From positions 161,255-206,770 of the forward strand of contig NW_013657639.1 in assembly GCF_000142905.1 (NCBI RefSeq): a DNA stretch of 45,516 nt, in the 5' to 3' direction. Below are positions 1-10,343 of the stretch, one piece after another. Numbering within the stretch: the first letter of the stretch is position 1; the number at the start of each line of letters is the position of its first letter. Origin of the DNA: Thecamonas trahens ATCC 50062 (taxonomy: Eukaryota > Protista > Apusomonadida). Both the position numbers and the translations under genes were made by a program. Under the pieces are notes generated by a model. The model worked only from the letters and a program-made list of their open reading frames with translations. It was not told the DNA's origin and did not search any database.

Positions 1-348
1 CCCCCCCCCGCACACTTTGAATTTCCTCCACAAAGTGTCTGATCACCTCCTCCCCACCACACCACATCCTCCCCTCCACACACCACACCAGTACACACAC
101 ACACACACACACACAGGCACACTATGTTATGCCATACCATGGCCATACCCCCTCCCATGCTCAGACTCACACCCGAATGACACGCTCCCTATCCCCCTCC
201 CCCTCCCGTCGCTGTCTGATGTCGCCATCCCTTCCGTCCGTCAACACGCCCGCCACCCACCCACCCACCCACCGCCAACCCTACGACTCCCTCGGTCTTC
301 CGCCCCTCATACCGCTGTGTGTGCGGGAAAAGACAGCACTCCACGAGA

Positions 349-786
349 ATGCAGATTTTTGTCAAGTTCCAGGGCAAGTCCACCGCTGTGGACGTGACTG
401 CCGCGTCTGTTGACGAGTTCCGCGCCGATGTGGCCGCCCGCACTGGCGTCCCGGCCGCCGAGCAGGTCCTTGCCTTCAATGGCAAGCTCCTCTCGGAGCT
501 GTCTGCTCTCGAGCACGGTGACACCATCAACATGAACCTCCGCCTCGCCGGTGGTGCCAAGAAGCGCAAGAAGAAGGTGTACACCACGCCCAAGAAGGTC
601 AAGCACCAGAAGAAGAAGGTCAAGCTTGCCGTCCTCGCCTACTACCAGGTCGACAACAACGGCAAGATCACCCGTCTTCGTCGTGAGTGCCCCGACTGCG
701 ACGCCGGTGTCTTCATGGCCACCCACTTTGACCGCCAGTACTGCGGCAAGTGCGGCCTGACCTACGTCTTTGACCAGCAGCAGTAA
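349..786 (+). CDS. RPS27A: Ubiquitin-like leader fused to 40S ribosomal protein S27a (eS31)
   Basis: ATG at 349. A 69-aa UBL (MQIFVK...LRLAGG) is followed by the S27a tail [14 protein letters not shown]...RLRRECPDC...[18 protein letters not shown] with its C4 zinc ribbon. Confidence 0.96.
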   Translation: MQIFVKFQGKSTAVDVTAASVDEFRADVAARTGVPAAEQVLAFNGKLLSELSALEHGDTINMNLRLAGGAKKRKKKVYTTPKKVKHQKKKVKLAVLAYYQVDNNGKITRLRRECPDCDAGVFMATHFDRQYCGKCGLTYVFDQQQ

Positions 787-964
787 AGGTCTAACCGTCT
801 GTCGCCACCTCGCCCCCCCCCCCCCCTATACCCATGCCCGATCCCTCCACCCTTCCCTCTGCCCGCCTCTCCCCTGCCGCCCGCAACTCGTCATGTGACC
901 CCACCCCTCCCCCCGCCACCCCGCCCTCCACCACCACCACCACCCCACACACACACACGTAAAG

Positions 965-3451
965 ATGAAGACCGCGTCGTCGGACACTGCCGTCCGGGTC
1001 GTCGTCCGCATCCGCCCACTCAACCGCCGCGAGCTCAGAGACGGCGGTGCAGGCCCTGCATGGCTCCATGCCTCGCCCGAGTCGGCCACCGTCACTGCCA
1101 GCGCGCCCTCGTCCGCCGCTGCCACTCCCGCCACTCCCGCCACTCCCGCCACTCCCGCCACTCCCGCCACCGCCCGCACCGCCCGCACTGCCCGTAGCGG
1201 GCCATCGTCGACATCGTCCACTCCTAGCAACAGCCGCGTCTTTGCCTTTGACGCCGTCTTTGATGGCCGCCACCCGCCGCCGGTCGCTGATGCTGATGCC
1301 GATGCCGATGCCACCGATGCTGCTGCTACCGCCCCGCCGCCGTCGCCGGCTGCCACCGCCCAGGCCACCCTCTATAACGCTGTCGGCGCGCCGCTGGTCG
1401 ATGAGGTCATGGCAGGATACAACGCCTCGGTCTTTGCGTACGGACAGACCGGCTCGGGCAAGTCGCACACAATGGTGGGCTCGCCACGCGCGCCGGGCTT
1501 CATCCCGCGGCTGTGCAAGGATCTTTTTGCTGCGACGGCGGCAGCAGGCGCGGTGGCCGACGACGACGGCGCAGAGTACGAGGCTGATGTCACGCTCTCG
1601 CTCCTCGAGCTGTACAACGAGCAGATCCGCGATCTGCTTGCCGACGAGGCCGGCAACGCCACGCCCGCCCGGCTCGCACGTACCCCGCTCCGCCTCCGTG
1701 AGCACCCGATCCACGGCACGTTTGTCGAGGGCCTGACGGCCAAGGCCGTTGGCTGCTACGCCGACGTCGCCACACTCATCGACGCCGGCCTCCGCCACCG
1801 CATCACTGCGGCCACCGGCATGAACGCCACCTCGTCGCGCTCGCACGCCGTCGTCACCCTCACCGTGGTGCAGAAGACTCGTCGTGCTGGCGACGAGCCG
1901 CCGCTCCTGCTCAAGTCGCGGGTCCATCTGGTCGACCTCGCCGGCTCAGAGCGAGTGGCCTCGACCCACGCCGCAGGTCTCCGCCTCCGCGAGGCTGGCG
2001 CCATCAACAAGTCGCTCCACATGCTCGGCCGGGTCATCACCGAGCTCTCCGACGGCGCCGCCTTTGTGCCGTACCGCGACTCGGTCCTCACTCGCCTCCT
2101 CCGCGACGCGCTCGGCGGCAACGCCAAGACCCTTATGATCGCCACGGTCTCGCCGGCGCCGGCCTCGGCCGACGAGACCCTCTCCACCCTCCGCTACGCG
2201 CAGCGTGCCAAGCGGATTGTCAACTCGGCAGTGGTCAACGAGGATCCGGCCGCAGCGCTCATCCGCGATCTCCGCGCCCGGGTGGCCCAGCTAGAGGCTG
2301 CTGTCGCCGCCGGCGGCCTTGACGCCTCAGCTCTCGACGCGCTCACTGCCGAGCGCGATGCCGCGCTTGCCGCCGCCGCCATTCGCGAGCGTGACGCCGC
2401 CGCGCTTGAGGCCCGCGTCGCCGAGCTCCAGCGCCAGGTCGATGCTGCCGAGGACGCCACCGCTGCCGCCGTCGACGCCGTCCGCGCCGCCATGGCCGAC
2501 GCCCTCACCGCCGCCGAGGACCTCGCCGCCGAGAAGGAACAGATTGCGTCAGACGAGCCGCTCAAGCGCCTCAAGCTTGTCAAGCTCGTCAAGCTCGAGC
2601 GCGCCAAGGCTGCCAAGGCCGCCAAGGCCGCCAAGCGCCGCATCGAGGAGCTAGCCGCCGCCGTCGCCGCCGAGCGGGCGGCCTGCCTAGACGCCACCGC
2701 TGTCGCAGACCGCGCCGCAGACCTCGACCTCGTTGTCGAGGAGCAAGCTGCCCGTCTCGAGTGGCTCGAGCAGCGGCTGGCTGCCGAGTCTACTGCCCGC
2801 GCTACCGCCGAGGCTGCCGCCGCCGCCGCCGCCGCCGACCGCGACGCCGCCGCCGCCGCCCGTGACGCTGCCGCCGCCCGCGTGGCCGAGATGGAGAGCA
2901 TCCTTGACGAGCAACGAGACCACGACCTCGGGTACTGGGTCGACACTGCGCTGGTCGGTGCCCGGACCGCGCTCCGCGCGCCAGTGCCCAGCGCTGAGCG
3001 GCTTGCGCGCGACGCACCGCCGGACATTGCGGCTGACCTGGCGGCGGCCGAAGAGACCAATGATGCCGCCGCGCTGCAAGCCGCCGGTGCCGCCGTCGTC
3101 CGCCGGCTGGAGGCTGTTGCGCTCACGCTCCGGCAGAGCGAGGTCGACGCCGCCGACGCCCGCCGCCGGAGCCAGTTCCTCGAGGACGAGCAAAAGCTCA
3201 TCCGCGTCCTTGTCAACCTCAAGGCATCAATGGCGGCGCTTGCCGCGCCCACGCTCGCTGATCTGGACTCGTTTATCGTCACCGCCCGCCAGCTCCGCGG
3301 CGCCGCCAACGTCGCCGGTGACATGGAATGGCTCGCTTCGCACGCCGACCTTCTCACCGCCGACCTCGTCGCCGACCTTGTGGTCGAGAACGCTCTCCTC
3401 CTCAAGCAGCTCCACGTCGCCCTCCGCCCCGCAGGCTCGTCATCAGCTTGA
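965..3451 (+). CDS. N-terminal motor kinesin (kinesin-3-like) with Ala-rich coiled-coil tail
   Basis: P-loop FAYGQTGSGKS, switch I NATSSRSH, switch II DLAGSER, plus LREHP..G.FVEGL, VPYRDSVLT.LL..ALGGN.KT.MIATVSPA and the neck STLRYAQRAKRIVNSAVVNEDP typical of kinesin-3. Confidence 0.93.
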   Translation: MKTASSDTAVRVVVRIRPLNRRELRDGGAGPAWLHASPESATVTASAPSSAAATPATPATPATPATPATARTARTARSGPSSTSSTPSNSRVFAFDAVFDGRHPPPVADADADADATDAAATAPPPSPAATAQATLYNAVGAPLVDEVMAGYNASVFAYGQTGSGKSHTMVGSPRAPGFIPRLCKDLFAATAAAGAVADDDGAEYEADVTLSLLELYNEQIRDLLADEAGNATPARLARTPLRLREHPIHGTFVEGLTAKAVGCYADVATLIDAGLRHRITAATGMNATSSRSHAVVTLTVVQKTRRAGDEPPLLLKSRVHLVDLAGSERVASTHAAGLRLREAGAINKSLHMLGRVITELSDGAAFVPYRDSVLTRLLRDALGGNAKTLMIATVSPAPASADETLSTLRYAQRAKRIVNSAVVNEDPAAALIRDLRARVAQLEAAVAAGGLDASALDALTAERDAALAAAAIRERDAAALEARVAELQRQVDAAEDATAAAVDAVRAAMADALTAAEDLAAEKEQIASDEPLKRLKLVKLVKLERAKAAKAAKAAKRRIEELAAAVAAERAACLDATAVADRAADLDLVVEEQAARLEWLEQRLAAESTARATAEAAAAAAAADRDAAAAARDAAAARVAEMESILDEQRDHDLGYWVDTALVGARTALRAPVPSAERLARDAPPDIAADLAAAEETNDAAALQAAGAAVVRRLEAVALTLRQSEVDAADARRRSQFLEDEQKLIRVLVNLKASMAALAAPTLADLDSFIVTARQLRGAANVAGDMEWLASHADLLTADLVADLVVENALLLKQLHVALRPAGSSSA

Positions 3452-4535
3452 GCTGTCGCTCGAGCTCGCACTCGAGCCCGACGTCGACGACAGCTCGGCG
3501 CCGGCCTCGAGCATCATGGCCATAAAGATGCGGAACTCGAGCTTGTCGATTGTTCCGTCGCTGTTGACGTCGATCACCTCCCAGAGGCCCGAGAACTCGT
3601 CGTCGGTCAGGTCTGGGATCTCGAACCGCCGGCAGACATCGGCCGACGCGGCCTTGATGTCGTCACGCGTCAGCGCGCCGGCCTTTTCTTCTTGTCATAC
3701 CTGCGGAACGCCTTGTCACAGGCCTTTTCCAGCCGCGCCTGGTCGGCCAGGATCTTCCGGGCCTGAGAGCCGCGATGGATGTGGTCCGAGCTACCGGTCG
3801 AGCTCGTGCTCGAAGCCGAGGCTGAGGCTGCGTCCGATGACGTGTCTGCTTTCGACGACGCCGTCTGTGACGCTGACGACGTGCCTGTGCTCGTGCTGGT
3901 TCCCGTGCCCGTGCTCGTGCCCGTTTCTGACGTCGACGCCGACGAATACGAGTGCGAGAGCGCGATGCCGGCCTCGAGGGCGTGGCGGACGAGGACCCGG
4001 AACTCGGTCTGGTCGACAAAGCCCGAGCCGTCGGCATCAATGTCCTTAAAGTAGTCATCAAAGTCAGCGTCAGTCAGCGTGTCGATGCCAACTTGCACAA
4101 AGATAGCATCGACTGCCACACGGACCTCGTCCTTGTCCAGCTCGCCCGAGCCATCCGTATCCGCCCGCCGATACGCCTTGCGACACGCCCGATTGAACTT
4201 TTTCGGATCTGTCCGTCGACACACACACACACACACACACACATGCATGCATGTATGCACATCCATACCCGGTCCGCGTCAGTGAGTCGCCACATCTTCC
4301 TCCCAAAAAAACCCCCCCAAAACACACACATTTTCCATTTGCATGCCCCGCCACCGCCACAGCCTTCCACCCACGGTTGGTCCTCCCTCACCCGCCGACG
4401 ACGGACGGCGACAGCAGCCGCAGCCACCGCAGCCGCCACAGCAAGCACAGCAAGCGTACCGTTAAGAATGGTATCCGGGTCGGTGAGCGTCACCCGCACC
4501 CGCTTGTCCTTGCCCTTGCCCTTGCCAGAACCCAT
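3443..4535 (-). CDS. EF-hand calcium-binding protein (two EF-hand pairs), spliced, with an apparent frameshift
   Basis: ATG at 4535 (MGSGKGKGKDK...). Intron 4209-4459 (GTACGC...ACAG) joins ...ILN-D-PKKF. EF loops DTDGSGELDKDE and DADGSGFVDQTE; after a -1 shift at the A4 run (3684-3687) the frame gives DKKK..AGALTRDD and DVNSDGTIDKLE. Stop TGA at 3443-3445. Confidence 0.8.
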
Positions 4536-4599
4536 GTGCTCTTCAACGAGATCGTATCGTCTGCCTGCTGCTTGGTTGCCTCGTCCGAGTGCAGTGCAG

Positions 4600-4887
4600 T
4601 GGCCACAGCCATCGACTGGCCACAGCCATCGACTGGTCACAGCCATCGACTGGCCACAGCCATCCACTGGTGACAGCCATCCACTGGTCACAGCCATCGA
4701 CTGGCCACAGCCATCCACTGGTGACAGCCATCCACTGGTGACAGCCATCGACTGGCCACAGCCATCGACTGGCCACAGCCATCCACTGGTGACAGCCATC
4801 CACTGGTCACAGCCATCGACTGGCCACAGCCATCCACTGGTCACAGCCATCCACTGGTCACAGCCATCCACTGGTCACAGCCATCCA
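4600..4887. repeat. 17-bp minisatellite, about 17 copies
   Basis: Unit TGG(CC/TC/TG)ACAGCCATC(G/C)AC repeated in tandem without spacers, followed by (CCATCCCCACC)-type repeats to about 4932. Confidence 0.95.
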
Positions 4888-5234
4888 TCCCCACCCCATC
4901 CATCCCCACCCCATCCATCCCCACCCCATCCCACAGTGAGTCCCCTTCCCCCATCCGCCCGTGGTGTCGGGGTGTGTCTCCTATGTTTTGTGATCATTCC
5001 TGTTTCTCCCGGCACAGCCGCCCCTATCTCCGGCCCTATCCCGCCCCCACCACGCCCATCGAGCGCCAACTGCACAGCCTGCACCACACATGTCACCCAT
5101 CCACCCCCCCAATCATACATGCTGCCTGTCCCCATCTTCGTGCCCTGCCCTCTTCGCTGACCTGGTCTGCTGCGGCTGTGGCTGCGGCCCGCAACGGACT
5201 CGGCTCAAACGGACTCGGCTCAAACGGCGCCGGC

Positions 5235-6341
5235 ATGGCTCTCTCGAGCGAGGGCCGACGGCTAGAGGCACACGTGTCTCTGACAGACCGGAAACGGGTG
5301 TATGGAGAGCTCGGCGACATACTTACTGGGCGTCCACTCGGTGATGCTGCAAGGGGGGCAGAGCCCGCCGGATTGGTCTCGCCGCGCCGCCAGACTGCCC
5401 CGGACGTCGACGCCTTGTTCTCCGCCCTGCTCGCCGCGCCGGCATCGCCGGGCTTGAGGGCCAAAGCCGCGCTCTCGATCCCGCTGCATCGTGCAGGGGG
5501 CTGGCTGCAGCCGCGACTGCGGACAGAGCTTCCAAGGGTGCGACTGGATGACGATCTGAGCCGGGAGATGGCCGGCGAGCGCCGGCTGCCTCGCCCGGAT
5601 CCTCGCGGCGGTGCGGAGACCAGAATGCGGCGCGATCGGCCAGACGACGCTGAGGTCGAAGCAGCGGATGCGAGTGTGGGAAAGGATAGCGACACGCTTG
5701 AGCCGCTGAGGGCTGGAAATGTGGCCGCAGTTCGACCCGTTGTTTCGGATCGGGCGGCGGCGGCGCGGCAGCGGCGGCTGCAGATCAAGGCTGCGCTGGG
5801 AACGAGAGCGGCCAAGGTAATGCTTGTGCCGGCCGAGGGCGGGATCGATCGGCTGATGGCGGCTCTGCGGGCGGGCTTTGCGCGGTTTGACGTCGATTGG
5901 AAGACGGCGTTGGTGGAGTACCGCGACGGCACCGGCGACTACATCGTGCTGGACAACGACGACGACTGGGCGGTGGTTTTGGCCTCGCCGGCGCTGGCGG
6001 CCGGCGGAGATGTGCTCAATCTGTGGATCTCAGCGAATGGCGTCTCGCGCAACGCGCTGGCTGCCGAGCTAGTCAACAGCTGGGAGGAGGAGACAAGCAA
6101 CGCGGCGCCGCTGACGGTGCCCGGCTCGTATCTGGCGCAGGATCCGTACGCGGCGCTCTCACGCTACTCGCTTGCCTCGCCCGGGCTCAGTCCGATCTCG
6201 TCGCGGCGGAGCTCAACCTCGTCGTCATCAACTGTGTCATCGTCCAGTGTGTCGTCGTCAATCGCGTCGTCGTCATCGGCTTCCTCCTCGCTCTCTTCAT
6301 ACGCCATCTCGTACATCCCGTTTGTCAGCAGCGGGCGGTGA
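5235..6341 (+). CDS. PB1-domain protein with Ser-rich C-terminus
   Basis: RLQIKAALG (basic Lys on strand 1) and VEYRDGTGDYIVLDNDDDW (OPCA-type acidic motif) form a type I/II PB1 pattern. The ATG at 5235 is assumed; an upstream exon is not excluded. Confidence 0.7.
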   Translation: MALSSEGRRLEAHVSLTDRKRVYGELGDILTGRPLGDAARGAEPAGLVSPRRQTAPDVDALFSALLAAPASPGLRAKAALSIPLHRAGGWLQPRLRTELPRVRLDDDLSREMAGERRLPRPDPRGGAETRMRRDRPDDAEVEAADASVGKDSDTLEPLRAGNVAAVRPVVSDRAAAARQRRLQIKAALGTRAAKVMLVPAEGGIDRLMAALRAGFARFDVDWKTALVEYRDGTGDYIVLDNDDDWAVVLASPALAAGGDVLNLWISANGVSRNALAAELVNSWEEETSNAAPLTVPGSYLAQDPYAALSRYSLASPGLSPISSRRSSTSSSSTVSSSSVSSSIASSSSASSSLSSYAISYIPFVSSGR

Positions 6342-6500
6342 TGATGAACAAACGGAGAGAGCAGGAGAGAGAGAGAGAGAGAGTATGTGCCGATGTGTTC
6401 AATACGTGTGTGCGTGCGTGAGTGTGTGTGTGTGTGTGTGTGTGTGTAGGTGTGTGTGTGCGTGGCATGTGCACGCGCATCGGCAGAGGGGCGAGCTCGA

Positions 6501-7045
6501 TCACTTGAGCTGGGGCTTGGCCTCATCGCTGTCGACCTCGACCTCGACGGTCGCGCCCTGGTAGACACTGACAGTGACGGTGGTACCGCTCGAGTCGTGG
6601 CCGGGGGTAAAGTGGACGACGTTGGGCGGGATGGCGACGGGGGTGAACGTTGAGGCGCCGACGGTGGGCACGTTCCAGTTAAAGTAGATCTGCGGGCCAC
6701 CGGTAGCGACCGAGTAGACAAAGTTGCCGCTTGTGGCGGCGAGGAAGCCGCCATCAGTGGCAAAGGACGACTGGTAGCCCGGGGCGATGGTCTTGGCCGG
6801 CTGGAGGACCCACTTGCCGGCGGTCACGTTGAGGTGGTTGAGCGTCATGGGGTACGCCGTGTAGTTGATGATGGTTCCAGAGAGCGAGTATCCGTTGGCC
6901 AAGGTCACTGCCGTGGCTGCAAGCACGGCTGCGACGAGGAGGGTCTGCAGGGTGGGGTGGGAGTGGGCAAGGCGGTGAGGTAGGTGGGTGCGGGGAAGGG
7001 GGAAGGGGGAAGGGGGAAGGGGGAAGCGTTGCGCCGTACATGCAT
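6501..7045 (-). CDS. Small secreted aegerolysin/Cry34-like beta-sandwich protein
   Basis: Micro-exon ATG CAT (7040-7045), intron 6945-7039 (GTACGG...CTGCAG), exon 2 6501-6944. Signal peptide MHTLLVAAVLAATAVTLANG, then I.N.T...L......GKW...P...I.PG....F...G....TSG...Y......I.F.W.VP..G, the pattern of aegerolysin/Cry34-like domains. Confidence 0.65.
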
Positions 7046-7232
7046 GGTGTGGGTGGGTGTTGGAGTGGGGTGCTGGTGCTGGTGCCAGTGGTGTGGTCGC
7101 CCAGTGGAGGATGTCATCGCGCTGTTCACGTGCGGCGGCGGCACCTTGTTCGCACATGCGACAAGGCCGGGGACGGGCAGAGAGACGGGCATTGGTGAAA
7201 ATTCTTCATTGTTGGAGCAAAAGAAGCTGCGA

Positions 7233-9661
7233 TTAGGCGTAGCCGGCAGGGGCCTTGGCGCCACCGCCCATGCCCGAGAACATGGAGCGGTGGGTGGCGA
7301 CGTAGGCGGCACCGCCACCGACGACGACGACACCACCGACCGAGGCACCAGCGATGAGGGCGATCTTGCCAGCGTCGAGCGAAGGCGAGGCGCTGTTGTC
7401 GTTGCTGACCTCAATGCGGCCCTTGTGGGAGCGGTTGGAGAAGTCGTTGTTGCGGGTGGCCATGAACTCGTAGGTCGCCGGCGAGCTGTAGCGCATGAGG
7501 CCGAGGTCCTGGTAGGGGTTGGCCTCGTTCTGCTGGTCGTTGTTGAGCGAGTAGGTCGACCAGTGGATGACCATGTCGTACGCAGCGTTGTTGTTGATCG
7601 GCTGGTTGAACATGGTGATGTTCTCGGCGTACGCCGGGTAGTTGCCGGCCGACGTCTTGACCGCGCCCTCGGCGGGCTTGGCAAGCTCAACAAAGTTGGA
7701 GCGGTCCGTCTCGTCGGCGCCGTTGCCGGCACCGTCGGGCGTGGTGTTCGAGCCGGTCACCTGGCGGTGAATAAAGGTCGAGGTTGTGGCGCGCACAATG
7801 GTCGGCACGTAGTCGTACTCAACCGACGGGTAGTTCTGGACAATGTTGCCGCGCTGGCCCATGACGTTGAGGTTGATGATGCGGCCCTCGACCGGCGACG
7901 GCTTGACGATGAACGTCGACGAGCGGTCCTGGAAGGTCCGGCCCATCTGGTCCGTCGAGATCCGGAGCTTGAGGAGGATGTCGGTGCCATCGGAGCCGAC
8001 GTTGACCGTCGGGTCGCCCTGCCACGCGTAGTTGTCCTCGTTGTCGTTCATGTCGGCGTACGTGTTCCAGCCGTCGTAGTCCATCGTGGTGATGTTGTAC
8101 CGCATGCGGAAGACGCAGACCTGCTCGCGCGAGACGGCGGGCAGGCGCCACACGTAGCGGTTCTGCCACCCGTCGTCGCCGTTGCCGAGGTGGTTGATCC
8201 GCGACTTGATCATGGTGTCCGGGAAGCAGGCCGGCGCGGGAAGGCCCCAGGCCGGCGCCTCAACCCACTCAAACTCGGCAATAGCCTCGCACTCAGCCTG
8301 GTTGTTGATCGCCGAGCCCGAGGTGATCGGGTTGCCGGGCGTCTCCTCGCGAAGACCGGTGCAGTAGTGCTTGCCCTTGACGTTCTGCGACTCGGCGCGG
8401 TACATCGGGCAGAGCTCGTCCGAGCGCGAGGTGAAGATCGCGACATCCTTCCACGGCGACGGATGCCAGTACGGGTAGTAGTCGCGCTCCTCCGGGCACT
8501 CGTAGCCACGGCGGCGGTTGTTGGCGTTCTCGTCGTTGTTCTGGCGAGTCCGCATCGCAGTCGCATCCTCGGGGATGTTCTGGTCGGCGAGGAAGAGGCC
8601 AAGGTTGCGCTGGCGGGCCTTGCAGTCCGCCCAGTACGACGCCGACTCGTGGCGACCGTACTTGTGGTCCTTGTCCTTGTTCTCCGGGATCCGGGTCTGC
8701 TGCTGCCCGTTACGGATGCCAATGCCGCCGTTGTTGTCCTCACACATGTACTGCATGATGATCTGGCACTCGGCCGCGGCGTCGCCGCACGAGTGCTGGT
8801 TGGTCCACTCCACCTGGAGCTCGGAGCCACCGTAGTACTCCATCTGGTTCATGTTGTACCCACCCTTGTTGTTGTTCTGCGAGTCGAACAGACGGTTCGC
8901 GTCGTTGCGGTTCCTGTTCTCTCAACCAAGCACTCGCTTCCTGTGAGTCGGACTCCCTGGCCCTTGCCACTACCAAAAAAATTCACCATCAGGCCCCTCC
9001 CCCACCCCGACTGGCAATGGTGCGGCAGGTCGCCGTCATGCGCCAAGCGGGCTGGGTACAGGCGCACAACACCGGTGGCAGCCCCTAACGCCATCTCCAA
9101 CACTAGCCCCCTGCTCTGCACTGCTCCCACCCTCCCTGGGCGCCCTCCGGGCCAAGGGAGCCAATGTCGCCGCAATGTGCCGCCCGCGGAATAAAGGTGG
9201 CGGGACGACAAACGACCAGCAACCGGGCGAGACGGGGGCCAAAAAAAGGGGCCGCTCCCCCACCAGCCGCAGGGGCCCATGTACCGCTATGGGGCTCCCC
9301 AGGCGGTCTGACTCCGGTCACATCACACGCAAGGCCTTGCCATGCTCCCAAAGCACCGGGCGTGCCATGCCCCTCACCAGGGGGAAGATCCTTCTCGCCG
9401 AAGAAGCCGGTTCTGGGTTGGCCCATGGGCGGGCAAACAGAACACCCAAACCGACGAAGATTCACAGAAACAGCACTGTGCACGTGCCAACCTCCCCTCC
9501 GCACCCGGCCCACTACGGCCGGGCGACTTGCGACAACCCTACACGTACCGGTTGTCCTCATCGAGGCGGTTGTTGCTACCACGCGGGTTGTGCATGTAGA
9601 GGTCCGCGGACGCGCACGCAATGGTCAGGAGCAGAAAGGCTCCCACAAGCTGAAGCTTCAT
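7233..9661 (-). CDS. DD3-3-like secreted/type I membrane protein
   Basis: Signal peptide MKLQLVGAFLLLTIACASA, then DLYMHNPRGSNNRL. Intron 8914-9548 (GTACGT...ACAG, phase 2) joins to RNRNDANRLFDSQNNNKGGY. Also EWTNQHSCG, RRGYECPEERDYYPYWHPSPWKDVA, GRTFQDRS, GQRGNIVQNYPSVEYDY and TRNNDFSNRSHKG, all hallmarks of the Dictyostelium DD3-3 family. C-terminal TM helix. Confidence 0.88.
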
Positions 9662-10343
9662 TCTTGATTTTTCAAGAGGAATGCCGTCCAATTCTGCGCC
9701 AACCGCCAACGTTCCATATTCTTCAACTCGTCGCCAATGCGCAACCAATCGGGCAAGTGGTTTGTTGCCACAATATCATTGGGTTTTTGACGACGACTCT
9801 GACGGAAAAAAATGTGCCCATTTCACGCCCCTCCCTCGAGCATACTCCCTCCTGCCCTGCCCTTCCCTTCCCTTACCTTACCTTGGCCTTCACTCTGTGT
9901 CTGTTGCGTGTTTGTGTGTATGCGGAGGACTACCCGCTGCCGTTATGCTGGTGGTCGTTGACAAGTCCACGGCTTGCCCTCTCCCTCTTCTCCGCGTTGC
10001 CTGCTGCTCCCCAACTGCTGACTTGCGTGCCAAGGCGAGGCTGTGCGCAAGCCTACCGACCGGCCTGTGCTTGGCCTTGTGACATGATCGAGATCGTCAT
10101 TTATGTGTTTGTGGATGGGCCAGAGCGAGCAGGAGCAGGGCGCGGCTGAGCTGGGGAAAAAAAAGCGGCCCAAATTTGCTGCAGGCATAGGTAGTGTGTG
10201 ACCTCATGTGGAGCCGTGAGTCACACGGTGGTTCGGGCGGCGGGGCGACAGCGACGACGACGACGGCGTTGGCTCGTGCCGGCGGCGTTCCAAGGCCGCC
10301 TGTGGGCGTGAGCGGGTATACTTGACGAGCCGGTGGGGGGAGG

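Noticed and set aside
4600-4887. Possible CRISPR array or coding repeat
   Set aside because: There are no unique spacers and no cas genes, the context is eukaryotic, and the 17-bp period is not a multiple of 3.
6984-9194. 736-aa + strand ORF, and similar long antisense ORFs (791-1927, 17144-19249, 28390-30450, 40380-41477)
   Set aside because: These are antisense shadows of real genes. High GC3 codon usage suppresses stops on the opposite strand, and the translations have no recognisable motifs.
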